Part shown: in pieces, positions 25,046-36,266 of the stretch
Numbering within the stretch: the stretch's first letter is position 1
Layout of the letters: each line of letters opens with the position of its first letter
Assembly (NCBI RefSeq): GCF_964213995.1
Contig: NC_135830.1
Location: 6,882,001-6,946,000 of the forward strand
Source: Mustelus asterias
Taxonomy: Eukaryota
DNA: 64,000 bases
Direction: 5' to 3'
Notes under the pieces: model-generated
The model's input: only the letters and a program-made list of their open reading frames with translations
The model's database searches: none
What the model was told of the DNA's origin: nothing
Position numbers and translations under genes: made by a program

Positions 25046-27491
25046 TTACATTTGTACTTTAAAAAACTTCCATGTTTTTTGGTTTACAAAAGTGTCGATA
25101 ACAGCATGTAAATCAACAGATCGAAGCATGTCTGATTCAATGTGCATGAGTGCCAGATGACTAGGTTTCTCATCGCTCATTGTTGAGCGCAAATAGATTT
25201 TGATCCTCTTCAGTGCCGAAAATGAACACTCACCTGAACAGTTAGTGATCATTAAGGACAGATAAATTCTAAAGCAAATGTATGTATTTGGAAACACCTC
25301 GTGCAGTCGATCTCTTGCCAGAGCTCGATACATCCCAGTGACAGTGACATCATCATCGGATTGTCCTTGAATGTACTTCTGAAAGTGGACGTGCTCTTCC
25401 ACAAAGGCCAAGTCAAAGTCGTCCGGATAAACTTGTATGAGGGTATTCGCTGCCTTTTTAAGTGCGTCGACATCAATATTGCAAATACGAGAAAGAAATC
25501 CAAATCGCTTGGACACAGATTTATATGCTTCAGTGCGTTTTTTAAGCTCTGCTGATAATTTGTCTAAGATCGGTAAGTACACGTTAATTTTGAAACTCTG
25601 GCGAGGTGAAAAATCTGTTGCCTGTGCTTTGTTTTCCTGGTACTAACTTTTCGCTTCCTTTGCGTTTCTTCTTTGTGAACTGATGTCGCAGTCTTTGCAA
25701 TGCCTTCTTGCTTAAAGTTCTCAAATGAGTCATTGATCCGGAGGTCTAAGATATAGGCCTCCAAAGACTGCAAAAGTCTCACGCCTTCGTTAAGATATAT
25801 TTCTGGGTTTTGTAAATTCAAGCTAGTTTTGTGGAATCGCTTCAAAATTGTTGCCCAAACGCTGAGAAGTATTCCATACTCCAGAGATTCCATCTTGCTC
25901 ACAAGACCTCTCGCTTCTTGTCGCGTGTTTGACTTTTCATCTGCATTGTCAGCAATGCTTTCCAATTGTGATTTCACTTTCTCGTATCCCTGATTGAGGG
26001 CGGCCGCAGCACTTGCGTGAGCAGACCACCGAGTATCACTAAGTCTCTTCACAACTGCAAGATTCTTTCCAAGCTCACCCACAAGTATTTCCCATCGGTG
26101 GGTTGAAGCACTGAAGAAATTGTACAACTGTTCAACAAAATCAAAAAAAGCAGCAGCTTTCGGAACACAATCCACTGCTGAATGACCGACAAGGTCCAAC
26201 GAGTGAGCAACGCAAGGAATATAGTCAGCTACTATATTTCTCTCCTGTATTTTAGCTTGAAGACCATTACACTTGCCACTCGTGTTGCAGGCGTTGTCGT
26301 ATGATTGACCTCTGCAGTTCTCTAAGTCTATTTTATCTGTTTCTAAAAACATCAGAATACTCTCGGCAAGTTGTTCACCACTGTGACCTCTGCAATTCAG
26401 AAATATGACGCATCTTTCAATAGGACCACTCTCACGCACATATCGAAAAATGCAAGACAGCCGATCCGCGTGTGAAATATCAGGGGATGAATTCACAGAT
26501 ATTGAAAACTATTTGGCTTCTTTGAGTTCCGAAATAATTTTCTCTGACACCTTTTGTCCAAGTATTTAAATCAGCTCATCGCATACTGTGGATGAAAGGT
26601 AGGAAACAGAGCCTTTACCCTTATTTCATTCATTTCAATATGAGTTGCCAAAAAAAGGATCGAATTGCGCTAACAATTCTAGTGTCCCTAGAAAATTGCC
26701 ATTGTTTGGTGAACCACTACACTCGTTGTGTCCCCTAAAGGCTAGTCCCCGCTCAGCAAGAAATTTAATTGTAGCAACAACCCTTTCCAGAAGTGCTTTC
26801 ATGTAATCACGTTCTGACTGGTATTGTCGAGTAATCAAGCGGTTTACACATTCAATACCTCGAGACCTTGTAGTGAGGGCAATGGTCGCATCCCAATGGC
26901 TTTGGCTGTTTTCATGACTTTCGAATCTTTGACTTGCATTTTTCCAGTCAGAGAAGCCATGCTTCGAAAAAGCATGGTCTTCACTTGAAAACAGTTTGCA
27001 GTTAAAACAGAATGCCTTACCTGTGCTTGGAGATTAGCACAGCCAACTTCTCCTGATTTTCTCGCCATTTGTAAGGGAGCGGTAAAACATGGACTTACTA
27101 AAGTAACGTTTCTGTTTAGCGTCATATTTGATAGACTTCACAACACTGGCATTCATGTTCCAACAGACTTCGCTCCCTGTCTTTAACCAGTATACGGTGA
27201 TGTCTTCTGTAATTTTGTCAGGCGGCAGGCCACGTGCCCAAATCACTCTCCATCGACTTCGACGACTTGTCTGCGATTTCTTCATCATCGGATCCGGAAT
27301 GAACTTCACGTTGCGAATCTTCGCCTACTTTTCCATCGTCCACATCACCGTCCACATCATCAAGTACTGCTTCATTTGCTGGCTTAAAAACTTGTCAAGC
27401 TTGCATGTATTCCTTCGTAGACTTTCTTGTACTCTCTTGGTCTCTTTCCTTTTTTGTGCTCTGCTTTTATGTTTGTATTCAATAGTAGCCA
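25046..27491 (-). pseudogene. hAT transposase pseudogene in several frames
   Basis: LAFRGH..NNGNFLG (DUF4371-like), GQSYDNA..SG, CVAHSLDL, SDTRWSAH, C-terminal dimerization SFSALKRIK.YLRSTM. Confidence 0.9.
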
Positions 27492-27778
27492 TTTTGCAGG
27501 GGAAAAAACTGTCAACAATACAAAATACTCGTATGAACAGAGAGCTTTAGGTCCACATTTTCATTGCTAACGCCAACTCGTGATGTAATAACTTCGTCAT
27601 TGTAAACACAATCTCGCGGTTGCAGTACGATGTCCTAAAAGCATTACTTCTAAATGTTTATATGTTTGGAGCCCAATTTAGAAAACGAAATAGTATTTGT
27701 AATATTCCAGGTATGAAAAAAAGTATATGCAAAAGTAGTGGAATATCATCCAAAATACTCACGAGTACACTCAATTAA

Positions 27779-28493
27779 CCCTTTGAAGGGTAGAGCGACA
27801 TGAATGTCGTCCATCGTATTCAGTGTAAGGCGACATAAATGTCGTTTCTCGGTAGGCTGACTTTGTCATGTCTGCAGTGATTGGTCAAACATGATTAACG
27901 AACAGCTCTTGTTCCAATCAGATGCCTTCTTTCTTCAGCTTCATGATGATGTCATACACGTGTTATGAATGCATTATGATAATGAATTAGGACTCTTTGT
28001 CTGGTGAGTGGTGACAGCGAGTCATTTGTCGCGTTGTAAACAACAATGGCGGCGCGCAAACAAAGTCTGTTTTGACGTTTTCACAGGCGGTAAATGCGCT
28101 CAACAACAGTTTTGATGTTGGATTATGCAGTGATGATCGTGGGAGTGATTTAGATGCCGAGGATTTTGATGTTGATATTGGTGAATTATCAGATGATTAT
28201 CGTGAATTTGATGATACGTTGATAGTACTGGAGGCAGTGGTGACAGTCATCGTGCTGTGGTGTGGGACTAATACTATGTTAGGGTGAATGTTGAAAAAAG
28301 TACTATATGTAACTAAATATGCACTAAAATAAGTATGTATACATGTTATAGCATGAAAGTAAACTGTTGCATTTATTTTGTATTTATTTGCATGTAGTAC
28401 AAGTCCGGGGTGAAGATCCTCTATAAATAGGTATTTGTAATATTAATTCACCCACGGGGTACAGTTATGAAACTTTATTCACCCTTAAAAGGG
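27779..28493 (+). mobile_element. Internally deleted piggyBac element nested in the hAT 5' region
   Basis: TTAA TSDs at 27775-27778 and 28494-28497; TIRs CCCTTTGAAGGGT and ACCCTTAAAAGGG; acidic N-terminal coding remnant from ATG 28046. Confidence 0.85.
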
Positions 28494-28994
28494 TTAAACC
28501 AATTTTGTTTTGCTCTCGGGCCCCCCTCCCTTCCGGGCCCCGAGGCTTAAGCCTACTCAGCCTAATGGTTAATCCGCCACTGTCTTCGAGCCACTGTTAT
28601 TAACGGAGGTGGTGCTGCACGAGCCTTTAATAATCTGAGACAAATCAACAGCAATCAGCCGGAATGTGCAGGTTTGAGGGAAGCTTTCTGAACCGTCAGA
28701 GCTCGAAACGGAGTCAGTGAATGATATTCTGTCGGGTTTGAATGTGCACTGTGAAGGGGAAGGCTCAATGTAACACAGTGTAAGACACAGTATTCTGTTG
28801 ATATTCAACAGTAAACGTGAATTATTGCTCTTTTCCTCGCTCTGGGGTTAAAAAAACGTTTTCGACACGCGAAACGTTCGTGTGTCGGTGAATGTGACGG
28901 TCACTACACTACAAATGCGATGTTTTATAATCCTGGGTCCAGCTGGAATGTCGAACCGTGCAGTCTGATTGCACTTCAGATCCATGTTTTATCT

Positions 28995-29064
28995 GTTTCT
29001 GAAGTGTGGTGTTTAATACTTTCACCTAACGTGCGAAAGGTTCCCTGTTTGAAATAGGACAACA
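28995..29064 (+). pseudogene. Degenerate tRNA-Val(AAC) pseudogene
   Basis: gtttctgaagtgtggt...ttcacctAACgtgcgaaaggttccctgtttgaaa. Confidence 0.55.
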
Positions 29065-31714
29065 GTCTTCAAACTTACCCATCTCTCAGTGTCAGGAAAA
29101 GATACCTCAGCCCCATCCGTTTGTTCTTAAGCATTGACAGAAAACATTATCTCACATTTACTCTTACCCAAGTATTAGATGCTATTCTGCAAAATGTTCA
29201 GTTATGTCGACAGAGACAAGAATTGGCACAAATTTAAATTTATGATTCAAATGTTAGATCAATTTCTCTGCCGCATCAATAAGGGTTTCAGCCGAATTGG
29301 ACTTCCACAACACAGGTTCTGAAGTTCAATCAGACTGCACGGTTTGCCCTTCTAGACCATTCGTTTTTCTCCTGAGAGGACTTTGTGTACTGAATGTTAC
29401 CACATTCAGTTTATATTTGCAGAGGTCCCAGTTGGTCAACGGGGTATCAACATTATTAAAACTCAGTGTTCTGATTTTTCCGAATTCAATTTTATTGTTG
29501 AATGCGAACGGAACTGGGTATCAATCAAAATATTGAATATTTTTATCTTCACCTTTTCTGAGAAAACACACACAGCAAAATCGCCAGTGCTTTCTGCTGG
29601 CAGGAGGTATTTGGACAGTACCGGGGGGCGGGGGCGGCTGGAATATTGCTGCTCTCCCCTGTCTCATTCGCTGTAGAATGAGGAAGAGAGAATAATTACT
29701 GGGGATGTTAGAATGGAATAATTGAATGGATTTCTACTGGGTTCGAAGCAGACACAATTTAAGGCTAATCGTCGCAGAACACCCATTGCAGACACATGCA
29801 TGTCACCGGGAACCAGCTCTCCTATAATAGGTGCTGTCTCCCTTCAAGCCTTTCGGTGACTTGTCTGTAAACAAACATTCGGACTGTCCCGAAGCTGATA
29901 TTAGGTTTGAATTCCTGATGCGCTGTAACGAGAATACTTTCAATATCTCCCATCAGTTAATTTCACTGCTAACGTCAAATTCAATGTTCCAGTATCATTC
30001 AGAAGGGAAAGACCCCTTTACTGTCTCTGCTCAGTCAGACAGTCCACTCTTTGGGAACAGGAATCTTCTGTGATTCCTGTTCCCAAAGAGTTTCTAAAAA
30101 TTCACAACTTTGGCAACCATAATAATATATATCTTTGAAGCAATATAAGTTTGCAATCGATGTTAATATGATATTTCTGTTTCGATATTTATTCTTTTAG
30201 TTACATTTCCTCAATGTGGTTACTGGCCACGGTTGTGAGTCTGGACTTCGCCCCGACGCTGAACCCAACACGGTATTTCACTGCCCTCTGGTGGGGGTGA
30301 AATGGAACTACAAAGTGCAGCTTGCTCCCACTTGTGAGTCTTCGGGACTCAAGTTCTTGTTCAGCAATTTCCGATCTTGAATTCTGCTACGATTTTGTTT
30401 ATACCCTTTATTCAAATTTTAGACTGCACCTGGGTGAAGAATCTTTTTTGTTATGAGTCCATCTCCCACAGACAAATAGAATCCTTTCCCAGATATGCTA
30501 TCGCCCAGCCGCTGTGCTCAGCAGTTCAGACAGAAGAAGCGGTGAATTTGCAATATATCGATAACACGACATTTTGCTCCCTGAAAAGGGGAACATTCTA
30601 AACAAATCAATTCGGTCGCTTTCTAAGCAAAATAAACCAAATTAGTCTGTTAATCCCTGGCGCTATTCTGATTTATAACTCCCCCAATTTCTCCGACGAC
30701 TTGGTGTTCTCTCGACTTCGTTGTCTCCAGGATTTGAACAGAGACCTCGAGCAATGATTTCCGCAGATTTCGCATCGTTTTCCCAAATGCCTATCAACAG
30801 TAACAAAGTCAGTATCTAAAGAGCTCCAATTTAGATATCTGAGCTGCATTTTTGTCTTGGCATATGTTATAGTAAACCTTGAATCAACTCATCAGGAAAA
30901 TCCGAACGTGCATTGAAAACGATAGACGGTGCCAAATTCAAGCCCCAGCGTCATAAATTAAATCTGTATGTATGGTAGGCTTGTGATGACACAGAAGAGT
31001 CACCCCCCCCCCCTCCCTCACCACCCCCCCCCCATCCCACCCCCACACGCACACACACATACTGCAATCAGCTGAACAGAGCCCGTGTTCCCTCTCTCCT
31101 TCTTAATCTCTGACTCGTCCCATTCCGATTTACTGAGGGGGATTCAGTTAGAGACGTTTCTGATCATACTGGTGACGCTCTTGCATCGTAACTACTGGAA
31201 AACGGTCATCAAGCCGGATAAACATATTGATACATACAGATGGCAACTTAAGTAACAATCCGAAATATTCATAGAATAGAGAATCATAGAATCCCTACAG
31301 TTAACCGGTAAGTTCACAAGTTTCACATCTTTACCACACATTGCATTAACACATCGAGAACAATGGATTGATCGCAGCTCAGTAAATGAACCCTATCCAC
31401 TTTGCCTCCACACACCTTGTGACGAACACTGGAGTTTAAATTCGACGGACAGTTGTTTTAGGTTCCCCTTCAAATTGCAGAAAACACAGACAGGGAACTG
31501 ATCCCGATAGACGGTGCCAAATGTGCGTTCGTGAGAGTTTATTACCTCATTCAAACTCCTTCTCGGTACAGTCCCTGAGCTGTGGGAAATATGTTACACT
31601 TTTAGTGGCGCTGATTTGTTTATCGGGCTGTGATTCAGAGCAAAAAGCGGATTCTGTGAGTTAAAAGTAATTGATTGTCAGCGTTTGATTTGACGATCCT
31701 CTGGATTCTTACAG

Positions 31715-32003
31715 GACATTGTGGAGGAGACTCTGTTACACAGACAACGGCTGGAAGGAGATGATGTTCAGTTGTTCTGTAACTTTACAGATACAGCCAG
31801 CAACCCCGACCTATTTTGGTACCGTCAGTATTCCAGCGGACCCATGGAGTTTCTGCTGCAGAGGAATAGATACAGCTGAAAAACAGAGAGATTTCCAGGG
31901 GACCGATTCTCTGCCGAGTTTGATTTGTTGAAGAGCACTATCCCGCTGAAAGTGTCTAAAACAAAACTGAGAGACTCCGGGGTGTATTACTGTGCACTGA
32001 TCC
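31715..32003 (+). pseudogene. TCR alpha/delta-like V exon (V1), frameshift plus stop
   Basis: Acceptor AG 31713-31714; GDSVTQ / LEGDDVQLFCNF..LFWYRQY..EFLLQR..*..RFSAEFD..DSGVYYCAL; decayed leader (VTLLVALICLS) near 31590-31626. Confidence 0.88.
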
Positions 32004-32042
32004 CACAGAGGCATAGAGCTGCGCTGAACCTCCACAAAAACT
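32004..32042 (+). promoter_or_regulatory. 23-RSS of V1
   Basis: CACAGAG + 23 nt + ACAAAAACT. Confidence 0.9.
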
Positions 32043-34560
32043 CTCACAGCGTCACTCAGTACACTAATTTGGGAAGTTGATTGAATGATAGTTGAGTATT
32101 TATATGACGCCTTTCTTGATGTGCCACAGTGTGTTCACTGTCACTGTGTTAATGGACTGGACAAGGCACAGCAGCCAAGTTGACCCCCGCATTATCCTTC
32201 AAACAACACCATTTTAATGAATAACATGTTTTAGGACGTTTATTGTTGGGTAGTTACTGACTAGAGCAATTCCACAGCTTTTCATAGAAATAGTGTCCTT
32301 GAGATCGATAACCCCCTTCCGAAAGGGCAGTCGGTGCCCCCGATTTAACATCTTATTCGAAATCTAAGACCTCTCATAATTCACCATTACCCTCGGACTG
32401 CACTGCCGCGTATGAATGGATCCTGGGTCTGGAGTCTCTGGAGAACGACTGGAATTTTGAAAACGTCTGATTCATAGGCGATAGAACGAACAACTGAACC
32501 TCGCCTGACAATTGGTGTTTGTAGATTAACACTTGTACTGCTAATTCTGAGACACTTTCACCGTTTTGACAATGAATGTATAGTTTATATTTACACGTGC
32601 AGATAGATTAGTGTAATGAATGGCCTCCTTCTGCACTGTAGAATCCTATGATTCTATGATTCTATGGGCGTTGTGGATCTCTATCTGAGAGCGTTGTCAC
32701 ACTGAGCCTCATAGTGGAGTGAAGAGATTTGCGAGTCCCATAATTTTCTGGATACTTTGAGTTTGTGATCAATAGTAACCAAAGTCTTTCGGCATGGAAA
32801 GAACTAATGCCCCTCCCCACATCTCATTCTCTCTCTCACTCTCTTTAAACACACACATACGCATACATACACACACACAGACAGACAAAAACACACTGTT
32901 TTCTGATCAACGCTATTAATTAGAAACATTGGCTGAATATTTTCGACCAACTAACTTGTGGTATTGGACCATGGAGTACAATGGTTTATACAGGTCACTC
33001 TCTAACTCACCTGTGCTATATCGTTGGCAACTTAGAAACATAGAGATCAGAAGCAGCGGTAGGCCATTCGGCCCACAGACCAGTTGCATTATTCATTTTG
33101 AACACGGATGATCATCAAATTTAATATCCTGAACCCCTTTCCCCTATATCCCAAGATCCCTTCAGACTTAGAACCATAGAACCATAGAAAATTACAGCTC
33201 AGAAACAGGCCTTTTGGCCCTTCTTGTCTGTGCCGAACCATTTTATGCCTAGTCCGACTGACCTGCACTTGGACCATATCCCTCCACACCCCTCTCACTT
33301 CTGGAGCAATATCTAATTTCTTCGTGAAAACAGACAAAGTTATAGAAATATAAAAAGCAGAAATTTATCAGCAGTTGCTTGTCCGATATATACTGTCGTT
33401 CACAGTGCAATGTCACATCGCAAAATTATTTCCTGTAATTTATGGCTGACACCTGTGAAAGCGGTGAACTGTAGTTTCATGCAGTTTTGTTCAAACATAA
33501 TGTCTTGTAGAGCCACCTATTGGAATGTTCTCTGTAAACACATTTAGTCTCCAATATTGCATCATGATGTTACTGAAATGTTATTATGCCAGTTAATAAC
33601 GGATTTTACTGCTTTCATGTTATTATTCCTGCTGCTTATGGCTTTCTCGTTGTTTTGTTTTTGTCACGTTTCCTACTTAATATTAATTACAATATTATTT
33701 TTCCTCGTTTGCTGGCATTCCAACGTAACTAGTAGAGTACATATTGCTGTGTATGAATATATGGACGTCGCTTAATCGACTCATAGATCAACAACTGATG
33801 AGTTTGGATTATCGTGTCTCCCGTTTTCCCGAAAGTTCAGAGTGTCGAAAATCTAATTTCTCCACGTCTCGCTGCTTCAAAGTGTCAGAGACCCTGGTTC
33901 CTTCCCGGCCTTGCCTGACTGTCAGTGTGGAGTTTGCACGTTCTCCCGGTGTCTGCGTGGGTTTCCTCCAGGTGCTCATGTTTCCTTCCACAGTCTTTCA
34001 TCAGAATGGCTCGGACATTACACTAAAGAAAGAGAATCGTCAGGGTTTAAAATAAAGATGAAATTTGCTCTCTTGTATGCGTTCATTGCAGTACAATAGT
34101 AACAATATGTGCAAGAATAAAGCGACATAATCGTGCAGCAACGCCGTTCAGAACGTTGAGATTTCGATGGTTTTCCCGTAATTGGCCAGTTAGCTCAGAT
34201 CACCACCAAAAGGAGCTGCCTCACCAAGGTAGTGGGTTTACTGCAGCGGGTACGGGAACAATAGCATTGAGGTTCTGCTGCTGATCTAGTATTCCAGGGA
34301 GGCAAGCAGCTCTCCGAAATCAATGATGGATATGGATCAATACCGCGATAACACCTCCAGTGTTTTCCGTTCAGGGAATTGCTTGCAAACGATGAAAATT
34401 AGAATAAAGAGGAATTTTCCATCAAACAGCCCACATCCAGCGCCACAGAAAGAGAGAATTGGGGCTTGCTGTCCTTTGTAATATTGTCCTGTTTGTATTA
34501 ACAGTTCATAATCCATGTTACAAGTTGAATTTATTGAGAGGCAGTGGGAATGCCTTTGCT

Positions 34561-34925
34561 GGTTTTTGTACGGGCTAGGCGGCACGGTAGCACAGTGGTT
34601 AGCACTGCTGCTTCACAGCTCCAGGGACCTGGGTTCGATTCGCGGCTCGGGTCACTGTCTGTGTGGAGTTTGCACGTTCTCCTCGTGTCTGCGTGGGTTT
34701 CATCCGGGTGCTCCGGTTTCCTCCCACAGTCCAAAGATGTGCGGGTTAGGTTGATTGACCATGCTAACATTGCCCCTTAGTGTCCTGAGATGCGTAGGTT
34801 AGAGGGATTAGCGGGTAAAATATGTAGGGATACGGGGGTAGGGCTTGGGTGGGATTGTGGTCGGTGCAGGCTCTTTCTGCAATGTAGGGTTCTATGATTC
34901 TATGAACTGTGCCTCTGCAAATGTG
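34561..34925 (-). promoter_or_regulatory. Split 23-RSS of V2
   Basis: Heptamer CACATTT (34925-34919) + 15 nt | SINE | 8 nt + perfect nonamer ACAAAAACC (34569-34561). Confidence 0.8.
34578..34903 (+). mobile_element. HE1-type V-SINE inserted in the RSS spacer of V2
   Basis: Full head to ctatgatt tail, lying between heptamer and nonamer. Confidence 0.92.
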
Positions 34926-35364
34926 CGGGGATCAGCGCACAGTGATACATGGCAGAGTCAGAGACACAGACCCCGGTGATATTTAACAGAGCTGTTCTCT
35001 TGTTTTTGTCCAAATCAGCAGAAAACAGGTCAGGGAAATCTAGAGACTTATCCCCCTATCTGTTGCCGTAACTCCTCAGTCAATATCTCGGAGCTTCTCC
35101 GGGATAGTGGATGTACCAGAAGAGAGTTGGAGCAGAGTATTTTGTTGTGTAACTGCAGTTTAATATTACTACCTGTCCTTCCTGAACAGTTAATTCAAGC
35201 GGCTCCTGGGAGACTAGATATTGGCACTGGTTCCTGCAACAACATATGGAATGTGTGAGAAATCGGTGAGTAAATATAATCCGTGAAACACACACTGAGG
35301 ATTTGAGCTCAGACTCACCGGGCAGCATGTCCATTATTATCAAGAAAGCACACAGGGAACACAT
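34926..35364 (-). pseudogene. TCR alpha/delta-like V gene (V2): leader exon 35364-35319, V exon 35233-34926; frameshift and two stops
   Basis: MCSLCAFLIIMDMLP|gtgagt; VSQEP..VQEGQVVILNCSYTT..PTLFWYIHYPGEAPRY*LR..FSADLD..DSAMYHCAL. Confidence 0.9.
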
Positions 35365-36227
35365 GGTTCGTGATTGGACATGAACATGTTTCAGATGTGC
35401 TGGTGCTTCTAGTCTTATATCTAAAAATAAACTCAGATCAGAGGCATCTTGCAATTATTGCGAAATTGTTCCTCAGTGCCGCGATTGGCTTGTCTCCCTG
35501 AGATGATGTCAGCTGTTGCCCAATCATCTAAATGTTTTATACGGCTGAACCACACCAATCACATTCCACCCCTGGTTGCTTTTACCTGGCGTTCTCTCTC
35601 TTCCTCGGTTTCACTTTGTCACTCATTCTGTCTCTACCTCGGTTGAACTTGCCTTCCTTCGAACTCTTTCCTGAGGAAGATCATTCTCTCTAATGAAAGT
35701 GAAAGATCAAATAAATGTTTTTAAATCCGGTATTATTAAGGGGCATGAGCATAAATGAAAGGTTACTGTCTTAATTACACTGGGCGAACGTTGATACCCA
35801 ACTTCATGTCGAGATGCAGTTCCAGTGGGACTGCTCTTGTACCGTTAAGGTACTTAATTAACCCAGTCAATATTTTGTACCCAGAAAATGTGAAACAACT
35901 GAGTGTGCCTATGACATTATTTCACTTTAAAAACGTGTCCCCTGACAGCGAGGCATCTGATACAGAAAGGTTAAGTGTACAAATAGATGATGGCATTCAC
36001 TTGGAAGATCTGTGGGTTGTGTGAATGGCATCGCAAAATGGTTGGATTTGATCCAGAAGTAATCTGACCGCCAAAAGTCAAATTTCTCGACAGTGGCAAT
36101 CATTGACCTCAGTGAGGGAAAACCATTCAGATGAGGCACAATGTCACGTTCACTATCTGTGCATTTTTTATGAAATTCAACTCCATGTGCTTTCCTGACA
36201 CCAAACTCTTGACTATCGACCTGTGGC

Positions 36228-36266
36228 AGCATTTGTATGAGGCCCAATAGACCCTCGCTCATTGTG
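36228..36266 (-). promoter_or_regulatory. 23-RSS of V3
   Basis: CACAATG + 23 nt + ACAAATGCT. Confidence 0.85.

Larger units (their letters stand above)
24822..28582 (-). mobile_element. hAT DNA transposon (Tip100/ZMYM1-like transposase), decayed
   Basis: 15-bp TIRs CAGTGACGGATTAAC and GTTAATCCGCCACTG; 8-bp TSD ggttcgag/tcttcgag; empty site in paralogue near 7250. Confidence 0.92.
21505..28915 (+). repeat. Segmental duplication copy B (paralogue of 685-7600), interrupted by SINEs and a hAT transposon
   Basis: Collinear similarity with copy A on both sides of each insertion. Confidence 0.9.

Noticed and set aside
32125-32148. CACAGTG...CACTGTG heptamer pair as a D segment or signal joint
   Set aside because: Wrong relative orientation and no nonamer at 12 or 23 bp
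34938-34944. Perfect heptamer inside V2
   Set aside because: Arises from the YYC-to-YHC codon change; no nonamer
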